From the NCBI GenBank assembly GCA_937880925.1, contig CALGGB010000095.1, forward strand, positions 4,782-68,781: a stretch of 64,000 nt of DNA, in the 5' to 3' direction. How positions within the stretch are numbered: position 1 is the stretch's first letter; every line of letters starts with the position of its first letter. Positions 7,400-17,855 of the stretch are shown in pieces. The notes beneath the pieces are model-generated. The model saw nothing but the letters and a program-made list of their open reading frames with translations. It was not told where the DNA came from and did no database searches. Source of the DNA: an uncultured Rhodospirillaceae bacterium (GTDB lineage: Bacteria > Pseudomonadota > Alphaproteobacteria > SP197). A program made the translations under genes and the position numbers.

Positions 7400-9718
7400 A
7401 TGCCCTATCCATTGCCCGCCGGCGCCCGCGACTGGCAGCAGAAGATGCGCACGTTCACCGATGAGCGGCTGATCCCCTGGGAGGTCCATGCCGAGATGAA
7501 CGACGGCTTCGTACCCCAGGAGGAGCATGAGGCGATCTTTGCCGCCACGCGCGCCATGGGTCTCTACTTCCCATCGCTACCGCGCGAGGGCGGCGGCGCG
7601 GAACTCACCAAACTGGAGATCGCGGTCATCCAGGAGCAGGTCGGACGCGCCACCAACGGCCTGGGGTTCTGCTACGCCGACCTTTCGCCCTTCCTCTACC
7701 ACACGGCCAACCCGCACCAGATGGCCCGCTACGTGAAGCCGATGCTGCAGGCCGGCAAACGTGTCGCCTACGCCATCACGGAAGAGGGCGCTGGCTCGGA
7801 CGTCGATGCCATCGAGGCGACCGCCACCAGGGACGGTAACGGCTACATCCTCAACGGCGTGAAGCTCCACGTCACCGGCGCCAACCTTTCCGACTGGCTG
7901 GTCTTCCAGGCCAAGCTGGAGGACGGCAGCCACGCGCTGTTTTATGTCGACTCCGGCGCCAAGGGCGTCTCGACCATCCGCACCCCTAAGTACACGCACA
8001 ACTTCCGCGCCCATCACCTGCTGATGAAGTTCGAGAACGTGCATGTCACCGCCGACGACATGATCGACCCCGATGGCGACGCCATCGGCTGGACCTACGA
8101 CTGGTTCCGCCAGGAGCGCATGAAGATCGCCGCGCGCTGCTGCGGCGCCGCCAGCCGCCTGATCGACGAGGCCCTTGCGTTCGCGCAGGAGCGCGTGCAG
8201 TTCGGCACGCCGATCTGGGAGAACCAGGCGGTCCAGTTCCCCATCGCCGACAGCCTCACCGAACTCTGGGCCGGCCGGCTGATGACCTACGACCTGGCCG
8301 CGGCCATGGATGCGAAGGAAGACGTCAAGGTGCTGCACGCCAAGTGCGCCATGGCCAAGCTCTTCTGCTCGGAATTCGCCTGGCGCACCGCCGACCGCGT
8401 CGTCCAGGTCTTCGGCGGCCGCGGCTACATGCGCGAGAACCCGGCCGAGCGTTTCTATCGCGAGCTGCGCGTCGACCGCATCTGGGAGGGCACCAGCGAA
8501 ATCCAGCGCGTCATCATCGCGCATAGTCTGAGGAAGCGCGGCCAGGAAGCCCTGATCGGTGTGCCCGAGACGGAAAAGGCGAAGGCCTGGCACGCCAAGC
8601 TGCGCCCCTTCGTCGAGAAGGAGCTGATCCCATGGGAGCAGCACGCCGAGGACAACGACGGCTTCATTCCCGACGACATCCGCAAGGGCCACATCCAGAA
8701 GGCAAGGGAGATGGGCCTCTGGCTGCCGCTGATCGACAAGGAACACGGCGGCGGCGGTCTCGACACCTCCGAGATCGTCGCGGTCCAGGAGGAGATCGGG
8801 CGTGTCACCAACGGGGTGGGCTGGTGCTACCACGACACCTCGCCCTTCCTGGTCAACACGGCAACGCCCTGGCAGATGGAGCACTACGTGAAGGGCCTGC
8901 TCGATGGCACCCGCCACGAGTGTTACGCCATTACCGAGGAGGGCGCGGGCTCGGACGTCGACGCGATCAAGGCGACCGCGAAGAAAGAGGGCAACGGCTA
9001 TGTGCTCAACGGCCTGAAGTGGCACGTCACCAGCGCCAATCTCGCCGACGTCATCATCTTCCAGGCCAAGCTGGAGGACGGCAGCCATGGCCTGTTCTAT
9101 GTCGACAGCGACGCTGAAGGCATCGAGACCGTGCGCACGCCGGCCTACACCCACACCTATCCCGCGCACCATCCGATCATGAAGTTCACGGATGTGAAGG
9201 TGCCCGCCGATGCCCTGATCGATCCCGAAGGCAGCGGCATCGCGCTCACCCACGAGTGGTTCCGCCAGGAGCGCCTGGGCATCGCCGGACGCTGCTGCGG
9301 CGCGGCTTCGCGGCTCATCGACGAGGCGCTTGCCTTTGCCGAGGAGCGCGTGCAGTTCGGCAAGCCGATCATCGAGAACCAGGCCATCGCCTTCATGCTG
9401 GCCGACAGCCTGACCGAGCTGTGGGCCGGCCGCCTGATGATCCATCGCCTGGCCCAGGCGATCGATGCCGGCGAGGATGTGAAGGTCCAGCACGCCCAGT
9501 GCGCCATGGCCAAGCTCTACTGCTCGGAGATGGCAAACCGGGTCGCCGACCGCGCCGTGCAGATCTTCGGCGGGAGGGGTTACATGCGCGAATACGCCGC
9601 CGAGCGCTTCTATCGCGAGCTGCGCGTCGACCGCATCTGGGAAGGCACCAGCGAGATCCAGCGGATGATCATCGCCCACAGCCTGGCCAAGCGCGGCCAG
9701 GACGAGCTGATCGGTTAG
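7400..9718 (+). CDS. Tandem-duplicated acyl-CoA dehydrogenase (two complete ACAD units in one 772-aa polypeptide)
   Basis: Residues 1-386 and 387-772 are clearly paralogous at roughly 60-65% identity. Each half ends with the ACAD C-terminal block containing the catalytic Glu (IWEGTSEIQR). Confidence 0.8.
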   Translation: MPYPLPAGARDWQQKMRTFTDERLIPWEVHAEMNDGFVPQEEHEAIFAATRAMGLYFPSLPREGGGAELTKLEIAVIQEQVGRATNGLGFCYADLSPFLYHTANPHQMARYVKPMLQAGKRVAYAITEEGAGSDVDAIEATATRDGNGYILNGVKLHVTGANLSDWLVFQAKLEDGSHALFYVDSGAKGVSTIRTPKYTHNFRAHHLLMKFENVHVTADDMIDPDGDAIGWTYDWFRQERMKIAARCCGAASRLIDEALAFAQERVQFGTPIWENQAVQFPIADSLTELWAGRLMTYDLAAAMDAKEDVKVLHAKCAMAKLFCSEFAWRTADRVVQVFGGRGYMRENPAERFYRELRVDRIWEGTSEIQRVIIAHSLRKRGQEALIGVPETEKAKAWHAKLRPFVEKELIPWEQHAEDNDGFIPDDIRKGHIQKAREMGLWLPLIDKEHGGGGLDTSEIVAVQEEIGRVTNGVGWCYHDTSPFLVNTATPWQMEHYVKGLLDGTRHECYAITEEGAGSDVDAIKATAKKEGNGYVLNGLKWHVTSANLADVIIFQAKLEDGSHGLFYVDSDAEGIETVRTPAYTHTYPAHHPIMKFTDVKVPADALIDPEGSGIALTHEWFRQERLGIAGRCCGAASRLIDEALAFAEERVQFGKPIIENQAIAFMLADSLTELWAGRLMIHRLAQAIDAGEDVKVQHAQCAMAKLYCSEMANRVADRAVQIFGGRGYMREYAAERFYRELRVDRIWEGTSEIQRMIIAHSLAKRGQDELIG

Positions 9719-9728
9719 GGCAGGGACC

Positions 9729-10463
9729 GTGGCCGCCAGCCAGCCCAGCGTCATCGGCCATCGCGGCTGTGCCGCCCACGCGCCCGAAAACACGCTGGGC
9801 GGCTTCGGCCGTGCGGCCGAACTGGGTTGCGACTGGGTCGAGTTCGATATCCAGATCTCGCGCGACGGCGTGCCCGTGGTGATGCACGACGCGAACCTGG
9901 AACGCACCACCGGCCTCGACATGCCGGTGCGCTTCCTGGTTGCGCGGCGTATCGCCGAACTTGATGCCGGCTCCTGGTTCGGTCCGGAATGGCGCGACGA
10001 ACGGGTGCCGACGCTCGCCCAGGCGCTCGATGCCTGCGCCGTGCTCGGTCTGATGCCCAATGTCGAGGTAAAATACGATTGCGGAGCCCTGCGCCGTTGC
10101 GCGCGGGCGGTCGCGGCCGTCATTGCTCAGCGCTGGCCGGCGGGCAGGGACCGGCCGCTGGTATCCAGTTTCAGTCTGCGCGCGCTCTACTGGTCGCGCC
10201 TGGCCGGCCCCGAACAGCCTCTGGCACTTCTGATGTGGCAGAAGCCGGTAAAGTTCTGGGGGCTGCATGCCCGCCTGCTGTCCTGCCGCGCGATCCATGT
10301 CGATGCGTCGCTGGCCAGTCAGGCGCTTCTGGACAAGGCACACCGACGTGGCCTGAAGGTCGGTGTCTATACCGTCAACGATGGCGCGCTCGCCGCCGAA
10401 CTGCGGGAACGGGGCGTCGACTACATCTTTTCCGATAAGCCCGAAGAGATGGCAGCCACCTAG
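9729..10463 (+). CDS. Glycerophosphodiester phosphodiesterase (GDPD family)
   Basis: N-terminal VIGHRGCAAHAPENTLGGF...DWVEFDIQISRDGVPVVMHD is the GDPD catalytic signature. 244 aa. Confidence 0.8.
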   Translation: MAASQPSVIGHRGCAAHAPENTLGGFGRAAELGCDWVEFDIQISRDGVPVVMHDANLERTTGLDMPVRFLVARRIAELDAGSWFGPEWRDERVPTLAQALDACAVLGLMPNVEVKYDCGALRRCARAVAAVIAQRWPAGRDRPLVSSFSLRALYWSRLAGPEQPLALLMWQKPVKFWGLHARLLSCRAIHVDASLASQALLDKAHRRGLKVGVYTVNDGALAAELRERGVDYIFSDKPEEMAAT

Positions 10464-10483
10464 GCGTGTAAACCTCTGCTGGC

Positions 10484-12127
10484 TTGTCCGTCCGACGCGG
10501 TCGGGCGATGATCCCGGCCGAGCGCGACCGGCTATTCCAGGACAAGCAAGGCCGATTGGGGGCGACGTTGGCTGTCGGTATTGGCGCGCGTGCGGCAAGG
10601 CCCGTGAAGGGCCTGCGCACGCGTATTCGTTTGATCATTTTGATTGCCGGCGTCTGTGCCGCCGCATGGATCGCAGCAACCACCTATGTCGGCGTCTGGC
10701 GCCTGGACCTGATGATGGACCGCCGCGTCGGCGCGGCAATGCAGGAAGCCCAGGTCATCGCGGGCGTCGGTGCCCAGGCCGTCGTGCGCCGGCTGGATGC
10801 GCTGCGCACCATCCCCGAACTGCTTGCAGATCAGGAGCGCCTGGGCCGCAGGCTGGCGAAGTTCGATGTTTATTCGGCGATGGTGCCCCGGCACCTTTGG
10901 GGCGACCTGCTGCGCCGCGAGGAGATGCTCGATCTCAGCCGGGAGCTGGCGGCGTCGGCGGACAACCTGAACCTGGAAGGCATCTATCTGGTGAGCGACA
11001 AGGGCTTTGTTATCGCCGCCAGCGACGGAACCGAACCGGGGGGGCATCTGGCCTCCAGCTTTTCGGGGCGCGATTACTTCCTCGAAGCCATGTCCGGGGG
11101 AAAGGGCGAAGGTTTCGGCGTCGATCCGGTCAGCGGCGCGCCGATGTTCTTCTTTGCGAACCGTGTCGAGATGACCCCCTTTCACCAGGGCGCGGTGATC
11201 GTCGCCACCTCCTCGGCGCGCATGCTGTTGCCCATCGAGAGGGGATTGGAGACGATCTATCTCAGCGATCGTGGCGGCGTCGTCGTGGTGGCCAGCGAAC
11301 CGGAACTGCTCTACCGCACGGTGAGAGACGGCGCCCTTGACGGCATGGGCGAGGATGCGCTGAAGCTGCGTTACGGCAGGACGCGCTTCGAGCCGGTCGC
11401 GCAGGAATCGCTCGACGTTGAGGCATCCCTGGACGGCGACGACGTTTCGGTCCATGCCGACCTTGCACTGCCGGACGAACAGATGACGCTGCACGTCTGG
11501 GCGCCGCTCCAGGACCTGAACGTGGCGCGGCGCGAAAATCTCAACGCCACCCTGGGGCTGGGTCTGCTTGGCGTGATGCTGACGGTGGTGGTGACCCTGG
11601 CCCTGGTCCAGATCGCCAGCATGCGGGAACGGGCCACGCGCGACGGGCTGACCGGGCTTGCCAACCGGCGCCAGGCCGATGACGTGCTGCCCGAGCTGAT
11701 GGAGCTGGACGACCGCGGCCGTCTCGCCGGCATCGCCGTCGTGTCCTTCGACCTCGATCGTTTCAAGAAGATCAACGATACCTGGGGACACGCGGTCGGC
11801 GATCGCGTGTTGCGGCGCTTCGCCCAGATCCTGATGCGTTCGGCGCGGCGTGCCGATCTGGTGTTCCGCTACGGCGGCGAGGAGTTTCTCGCGGTCCTGG
11901 TTGAACAGGACATCACCGCTGCCACACGGTTCGCGGAACGGGTGCGCGTCGCGACGGCGGCCATCGACGATATGCAGCCGGTGCCACCGGCCACCATCAC
12001 GGTCAGCGCCGGGGCGGTGATGCGCAATCCCGGCGAACCGCTGGACGACGTCATCGCCCGCGCCGACGCACTGCTGTATCGGGCCAAGAACAACGGCCGC
12101 AACCGAGTCGAATCCGACCCGGATTAG
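10484..12127 (+). CDS. Sensor diguanylate cyclase (TM - periplasmic sensor domain - TM - GGDEF)
   Basis: Two hydrophobic segments bracket a periplasmic domain of about 300 aa. C-terminal GGDEF domain with RYGGEEF. Start codon uncertain. Confidence 0.75.
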   Translation: MSVRRGRAMIPAERDRLFQDKQGRLGATLAVGIGARAARPVKGLRTRIRLIILIAGVCAAAWIAATTYVGVWRLDLMMDRRVGAAMQEAQVIAGVGAQAVVRRLDALRTIPELLADQERLGRRLAKFDVYSAMVPRHLWGDLLRREEMLDLSRELAASADNLNLEGIYLVSDKGFVIAASDGTEPGGHLASSFSGRDYFLEAMSGGKGEGFGVDPVSGAPMFFFANRVEMTPFHQGAVIVATSSARMLLPIERGLETIYLSDRGGVVVVASEPELLYRTVRDGALDGMGEDALKLRYGRTRFEPVAQESLDVEASLDGDDVSVHADLALPDEQMTLHVWAPLQDLNVARRENLNATLGLGLLGVMLTVVVTLALVQIASMRERATRDGLTGLANRRQADDVLPELMELDDRGRLAGIAVVSFDLDRFKKINDTWGHAVGDRVLRRFAQILMRSARRADLVFRYGGEEFLAVLVEQDITAATRFAERVRVATAAIDDMQPVPPATITVSAGAVMRNPGEPLDDVIARADALLYRAKNNGRNRVESDPD

Positions 12128-12464
12128 AGCGGCGTATCAGCGACGCTTGCGGCTTGTCGCGGCGCGTTCCGCGGCCCGGTCTGCATCCCGGTTGGAAGGG
12201 GCCGTCAAAGCCGACATGGTCTGGACGAGGCCCAGGAAGGGAAGCGTGAAGTAGTTCATGGCCGTGCGCCTTTCCAAGCGTCAGGGGTTATCCTTCATGC
12301 GATATGGCCGGGTGCGGCGCGGCCTGCAAATGCTGGCTTTGGATGGCTGCCCCGCGCTGCTCGCATGGCCGTCCACGCGAACCCTTTCCTGCTCGGGCGT
12401 TTCGCATTCGCGCGATCCGCTCTAGTCTGGGCGTCCCCTTTCACGAACCATCTGGAGCCGCTCC

Positions 12465-13790
12465 GTGGCCGAAACCTTCGATCTCATTCTGCGCGGCGGG
12501 CAGGTCTTCTCGCCCGGCGGCCTGCTCGAAACCGATGTCGGTGTCCGCGACGGCCGTATCGTGCGCATCGGCCAGATCGCCCCTGAACAAGGCGGCGAGC
12601 TGTTCGACGCCCGGGGACTGACCGTGCTGCCCGGCGTGATCGACACGCAGGTCCACTTCCGTGAGCCCGGCAACGAGCACAAGGAGGATCTGGCGACCGG
12701 TTCGGCCGCCGCCGTGGCGGGCGGTGTCACCGCGGTCTTCGAGATGCCCAACACCAGCCCCTCCACCACCACCGCCGAGGCGATGGAAGACAAGCTCAAG
12801 CGCGCTGCAGGGCGCATGCTCTGCGATCATGCCTTTTTCATCGGTGCTGCCGACAACGCCGATCACCTTGCTGATCTGGAGCGGATGCCCGGCTGCTGCG
12901 GCGTGAAGATCTTCATGGGAAGCTCCACCGGCAGCCTGCTTGTCGAGGACGATGCCGCGCTGGCGAAAATTCTGGCAGCCGGCCGCCGTCGCGTCGCCAT
13001 CCATGCTGAGGACGAGCCTCGCCTGAAGGAGCGCAAGAAGATCGCCGAAGAGAGCGGCGATGTCGCCGACCATCCCAACTGGCGTGATGTCGAATCCGCC
13101 CTGAAGGCGACCCACCGCATCGTTGCTCTCGCGCGCGAGGCCAACCGGCCGATCCACGTCCTCCACATCACCACTGCCGAGGAACTGGAGTTTCTGGCCG
13201 GCGTGAAGGATGTCGCCACCGTGGAGGCGACACCCCAGCATCTGACCATGGCCGCGCCAGATTGCTACACGCGCATGGGCACCCTGGCGCAGATGAACCC
13301 GCCGATCCGTGAGGCGCGCCACCGCGATGCCCTTTGGCAGGCGGTGCGCGAGGGTGTCGTGGATGTGCTGGGTTCCGACCACGCACCCCATACCCGGGAG
13401 GAAAAGGAAAAGCCCTATCCGGCCAGTCCGTCGGGCATGCCCGGCGTGGAGACCATGTTGCCGCTGATGCTGAGCCACGTTTCCAGCGGTCGCTTGTCAC
13501 TGACGCGTGTGGTCGACCTGCTCTGCGCCGGCCCCCAGCGCATCTACAACATCCGCGGCAAGGGTCGCATCGCCCTGGGCTACGACGCCGACTTCACCGT
13601 CGTCGACCTCAAGGCGCGCCGCACCCTGAGCCACGACATGATGCACAGCAAGGTCGGCTGGACGCCCTTCGACGGCCTGAAGGTCCAGGGCTGGCCGATG
13701 GCGACCATCATCCGCGGCGGCTTTGCCATGCGCGACGGCGAACTGGCGCATGAGCCCCAGGGCAAGCCGGTGCGTTTCTGGGATACCTGA
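12465..13790 (+). CDS. pyrC: Dihydroorotase (cyclic amidohydrolase, type I)
   Basis: 441 aa. Motif PGVIDTQVHFREPG...TGSAAAVAGGVTAVFEMPNT. GTG start. Confidence 0.7.
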   Translation: MAETFDLILRGGQVFSPGGLLETDVGVRDGRIVRIGQIAPEQGGELFDARGLTVLPGVIDTQVHFREPGNEHKEDLATGSAAAVAGGVTAVFEMPNTSPSTTTAEAMEDKLKRAAGRMLCDHAFFIGAADNADHLADLERMPGCCGVKIFMGSSTGSLLVEDDAALAKILAAGRRRVAIHAEDEPRLKERKKIAEESGDVADHPNWRDVESALKATHRIVALAREANRPIHVLHITTAEELEFLAGVKDVATVEATPQHLTMAAPDCYTRMGTLAQMNPPIREARHRDALWQAVREGVVDVLGSDHAPHTREEKEKPYPASPSGMPGVETMLPLMLSHVSSGRLSLTRVVDLLCAGPQRIYNIRGKGRIALGYDADFTVVDLKARRTLSHDMMHSKVGWTPFDGLKVQGWPMATIIRGGFAMRDGELAHEPQGKPVRFWDT

Positions 13791-13793
13791 GCC

Positions 13794-14423
13794 TTGGCGG
13801 GAAGCCTGAGGGCGACCTGCGTTGTGTTGGCGCTCTGCACCTTTCTGGGAGCATGTGCGACAGGTACGCCGCCGGGATCACTGGCCTCGTCAAGCTCAGA
13901 CGTTTCGCCGGGATTGTCACAGGCCTCAGGGAACTCGCTGTCGAACGAGCAGGTTTACGGGCGGCTAAACAACTCGCCCCAGGTCCTGGTCGGCCGGACC
14001 GCCCGGCACGACGGCATGTTCTATGTCGTGGTCGCGAGCCAACCCGGACTGGCCGATGTCATGTTGCGGTATCTGCTGGATGATGACGACGCAGCGGCGG
14101 CTGAGGGTTTCGACAGGCTCACGGCGAGCGGCATCGATCTGGACCTTGAGATGGTCTGCATCGGGACGTTTTCTGAGGAACTCACGGAAAGCGGATCGCA
14201 ACAGGGCGTCTTTCGATGTGAGCCCGGGCCCCAGGACATGGTGGGCGTCATGAAGCGTTACGATGGCCAGCCGGACTATGTGCTGGGCAAGTCGGTCTAT
14301 CATGACGACAGCATCGCGGTGATGATTGGCGGCACAAAGACCGAGTTCGGATCGTTCGCGGCCAGAATCCTCCACGACCGCCTGAACGCCGGGCGGCTCA
14401 CCTGGCCGCTGGAGACCTACTAG
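13794..14423 (+). CDS. Hypothetical lipoprotein
   Basis: Signal peptide with lipobox (FLGAC). No recognisable family. Confidence 0.4.
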   Translation: MAGSLRATCVVLALCTFLGACATGTPPGSLASSSSDVSPGLSQASGNSLSNEQVYGRLNNSPQVLVGRTARHDGMFYVVVASQPGLADVMLRYLLDDDDAAAAEGFDRLTASGIDLDLEMVCIGTFSEELTESGSQQGVFRCEPGPQDMVGVMKRYDGQPDYVLGKSVYHDDSIAVMIGGTKTEFGSFAARILHDRLNAGRLTWPLETY

Positions 14424-14429
14424 AGCGCG

Positions 14430-15089
14430 CTACTTCTGCGCACCCGGCGGGATCAGCGTGTCCTTCATGGAGGAGAAATCGACCATGGTGTGCTCGCGGT
14501 AGGCCGGGCGCTCCTTGAGGCGGGCGTACCAGGCTTCCACGTTGGGCAGGCTGGGCCGCGCGATGTCCATCTCGAAGTAGCGGTAGAGCGACATGCCGAG
14601 CGGAATGTCTCCCATGGTCAGTCGGTCGCCGGCGATGAAGCCGCGGCCCTCCAGGTGGGCATCCACCGTGGCGTAGTGGCCGCCAAGGCGCTTGATGGCG
14701 GCTTCGTTGGCGGCCTTGTCGCGGTACTGCTCGGGCGTGCGATAGACGCCGAAGAACACGGCGACCCAGTCGCGCAGCAGGGTGGTCTGCTGCCAGTCCA
14801 TCCACATGTCGGCGATGGCGCGCTGGTTGGGGTCCTCCGGCCACAGGCCGCCGGCATCGTGCTTGGACGCCAGGTGGCGGACCATGGCATTGGATTCCCA
14901 CATTACCAGGTCGCCGTCGATCAGGGTCGGCACCACGCCGTTGGGGTTCAGCTTCACATAGTCGGGCTTGTCCAGGCCGCCGAAGGCGCCGCCCAGGTCG
15001 ACCCGCTCGTGCGCCAGGCCCAGTTCGCCGATGGTCCACATCACCTTCTGCACGTTCGACGAGGTTGCCCGTCCCAGCACCGTCAGCAT
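14430..15089 (-). CDS. Glutathione S-transferase
   Basis: 219 aa from ATG 15089 (MLTVLGRATSSNVQKV...). GST N- and C-terminal domain pattern. The track ORF extends to 15437 but that extension is Arg/Pro-rich junk. Confidence 0.8.
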   Translation of the reverse strand: MLTVLGRATSSNVQKVMWTIGELGLAHERVDLGGAFGGLDKPDYVKLNPNGVVPTLIDGDLVMWESNAMVRHLASKHDAGGLWPEDPNQRAIADMWMDWQQTTLLRDWVAVFFGVYRTPEQYRDKAANEAAIKRLGGHYATVDAHLEGRGFIAGDRLTMGDIPLGMSLYRYFEMDIARPSLPNVEAWYARLKERPAYREHTMVDFSSMKDTLIPPGAQK

Positions 15090-15181
15090 TGCCGATCTCC
15101 CTTGTCGTGTTGACGCCGGCCACGATGGCGTGTCGGCTGATCCCGGTCCAGTCACGTTGCCGCGCGGAGGCGGCCTGCGCC

Positions 15182-16060
15182 ATGTTGATACGTCCGCTTG
15201 ATGACAGTCGCTGCCACCTGGGCGAAGGCCCGCTCTGGGATGTCGGGCAGCAGGCCCTCTACTGGGTCGACAGCCTGGCGCCCGCGCTCTACCGCCACGA
15301 CTGGGCCTCCCGCACGACCCGGCGCTGGGACCTGCCGGGCGCCAGCGTCGGCAGCCTGGCGGTGCGCCGCAGCGGCGGCCTGGTGCTCGCCATGGACCAG
15401 GGCTTCCACGCCTTCGACCCCGAAAGCGGCGCCACAAGCCTGCTCTGCGAACCCTTCGCCGGTCGCGACCTGGTCCGCTTCAATGACGGCAAGGTCGATC
15501 CGGCCGGGCGCTTCCTTTCCGGCGGCATGCACGGCGCGGTGGGCGAGGGCACCGGGCCCGAGCCGGTCTGCGACATGGTGAGCCTGGGAGCAGACGGCAC
15601 GATCACCACCCTGCTGGGCGGCTTTGGCTGTTTCAACGGCCCCTGCTTCAGTCCGGATGGCCGCACGCTCTATGTCGCCGGGCGCGGCGATCTCTTCACC
15701 ATCGAGGCCTTCGCCTACGATCCCGCCAGCGGTGCGCTGGGCGAGGGGAGGGTGCTGATCGACGGCATCGACCCGGACGGCTGTACGGTCGATGCGGAGG
15801 GTTTCCTCTGGTCGGCGCAGTTCGGCGCGGGCGAAGTCCTGCGTATCGCCCCCGACGGCCGCATCGATGCGCGCATCGCCCTGCCGGGCCAGATCACCGC
15901 CAGCGTCATGTTCGGCGGACCCGAACTGGATCTCATGTTCGTCACGACTCTCGGCCGGCCGTTCTGGGGCGTGGAGCCCACGGAGACTGACGCCGGCGCG
16001 GTCTTTGTCGTAGAGGGCAGTGGCTTTCGCGGACTGCCCGAGCACCGCTTCGCAGGTTGA
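15182..16060 (+). CDS. SMP-30/gluconolactonase/LRE-like region protein
   Basis: From ATG 15182 ([20 protein letters not shown]...). Beta-propeller SGL family hallmarks. Confidence 0.7.
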   Translation: MLIRPLDDSRCHLGEGPLWDVGQQALYWVDSLAPALYRHDWASRTTRRWDLPGASVGSLAVRRSGGLVLAMDQGFHAFDPESGATSLLCEPFAGRDLVRFNDGKVDPAGRFLSGGMHGAVGEGTGPEPVCDMVSLGADGTITTLLGGFGCFNGPCFSPDGRTLYVAGRGDLFTIEAFAYDPASGALGEGRVLIDGIDPDGCTVDAEGFLWSAQFGAGEVLRIAPDGRIDARIALPGQITASVMFGGPELDLMFVTTLGRPFWGVEPTETDAGAVFVVEGSGFRGLPEHRFAG

Positions 16061-16178
16061 GAACCATTCACAATGGCCGATTGACCCCGGCCACAGTGAG
16101 GCCATAATCCCGCTTTGGGGCGACCGGCCCGCGAACACGCAGCAAGCGGCGTCGGATCGGTCTCGATTGGGAGGAACC

Positions 16179-17780
16179 ATGCATTCTCGTCTTTTCACGC
16201 TGGCCGCCGGCGCAGCGCTTACGCTGGTGCTCGCGACGGCACAGGCACAGGCCGATAAGACCCTGGTCTATTGCTCGGAGGGCAGCCCCGAGGGCTTCTA
16301 CCCGGCGCTCTACACCTCGGGCACGACCTTCGATGCCACCTCGCGCACGATCTACAACAAGCTTGTGGAGTTCGAGCGCGGCTCCACGCAGGTCGTGCCG
16401 GGCCTGGCCGAGAGCTGGGAAATCTCCGACGACGGGCTGGAATACACCTTCCATCTCCGCAGCGGGGTCAAGTTCCAGAGCAGCGACAGCTTCACCCCGA
16501 CGCGTGATTTCAACGCCGACGACGTGGTCTTCAGCTTCATGCGCCAGTGGGATCCCGAACACCCCTACCATCTGGTTTCGGGCGGCTCCTACGAGTACTT
16601 CAGCGGCATGGACATGCCCAACATCATCAAGTCGATCGAGAAGGTCGACGACATGACGGTGAAGTTTACGCTCAGCCAGCCCGAGGCGCCGATGATCGCG
16701 AACCTCGCGATGGACTTCGCCTCGATCGTCTCGGCCGAATATGGCCAGGCCATGCTCGATGCCGGCACGCCGGACGCCTTCGACCAGAACCCGATCGGTA
16801 CCGGCCCATTCCAGATGGTGCGCTACGTTCCAGACGAGCGCATCGACTACGTCGCCTTCGACGATTACTGGGCCGGCCGCGCCGCGATCGATCGTCTGGT
16901 CTTCCTGATCACGATCGATGCCACGCAGCGCTACAACAAGCTGCTGGCCGGCGAATGCCACATCATGCCCTATCCCAATCCCGCCGATGTCCAGGCCATG
17001 ATGGACAATCCCGACATCACGGTCATGGAACAGGCGGGCCTCAACGTCGGCTACCTCGCCATGAACGTCGAGCACGCCCCGTTCGACGACGTGCGGGTGC
17101 GCCGCGCCGTCAACATGGCGATCGACCGCGATGCGATCATCGATGCGGTCTATCTGGGTGCAGGCGTCAAGGCCAAGAACCCGATCCCGCCGACGATCTG
17201 GTCCTACAACGACGCGGTCGTGGACTACGAATACGATCCCGAGGCGGCCAAGGCCCTGCTCGACGAGGCCGGTGTCCAGGATCTCAGCGTCACCCTCTGG
17301 GCGATGCCGGTGCAGCGGCCCTACAATCCTAACGCTGCCCGTATGGCCGAACTGATGCAGGCCGATCTTGCCGAGGTCGGCATCACCGCCGAGATCGTCA
17401 CCTACGAATGGGGCGAGTATCTGGAGCGTTCGTCCAAGGGCGAACACGACATGGTCCTGCTCGGCTGGACCGGCGACAACGGCGATCCCGACAACTTCCT
17501 CAACGTTCTTCTGGGTTGTGCGGCGGCCAAGGACGGCCCCAACCGCGCCCGCTGGTGCGACGAGGACTTCGAGGCGCTGATCTCGCAGGCCAAGCAGATC
17601 AGCGATGTCGATCAGCGTACCGATCTCTACGAACAGGCCCAGGTCGTGTTCAAGGATCAGGCCCCCTGGGTGACGATCGCCCATTCGGTGGTCTTCATGC
17701 CCATGACCAACAATGTGCAGAACTATCTGATCGATCCGTTCGGCGGCCACGTGTTCTACGGCGTCGATCTGGCTGAATAA
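16179..17780 (+). CDS. ABC transporter substrate-binding protein, family 5 (DppA/OppA-like peptide/opine type)
   Basis: ATG 16179 preceded by GGGAGGA. Signal peptide plus family-5 SBP similarity over 530 aa. Confidence 0.85.
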   Translation: MHSRLFTLAAGAALTLVLATAQAQADKTLVYCSEGSPEGFYPALYTSGTTFDATSRTIYNKLVEFERGSTQVVPGLAESWEISDDGLEYTFHLRSGVKFQSSDSFTPTRDFNADDVVFSFMRQWDPEHPYHLVSGGSYEYFSGMDMPNIIKSIEKVDDMTVKFTLSQPEAPMIANLAMDFASIVSAEYGQAMLDAGTPDAFDQNPIGTGPFQMVRYVPDERIDYVAFDDYWAGRAAIDRLVFLITIDATQRYNKLLAGECHIMPYPNPADVQAMMDNPDITVMEQAGLNVGYLAMNVEHAPFDDVRVRRAVNMAIDRDAIIDAVYLGAGVKAKNPIPPTIWSYNDAVVDYEYDPEAAKALLDEAGVQDLSVTLWAMPVQRPYNPNAARMAELMQADLAEVGITAEIVTYEWGEYLERSSKGEHDMVLLGWTGDNGDPDNFLNVLLGCAAAKDGPNRARWCDEDFEALISQAKQISDVDQRTDLYEQAQVVFKDQAPWVTIAHSVVFMPMTNNVQNYLIDPFGGHVFYGVDLAE

Positions 17781-17855
17781 CGGACCGCGGGGGCGCTCCG
17801 GTATGCGGGCGGCAGGCGCAAGATTGCCTGCCGCCCGCATCGTTTCAGGCATGCC

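Noticed and set aside
15090-15437. Upstream extension of the GST ORF to 15437
   Set aside because: Extension is R/P/G-rich junk overlapping the SMP-30 gene start on the other strand. GST domain begins at ATG 15089.
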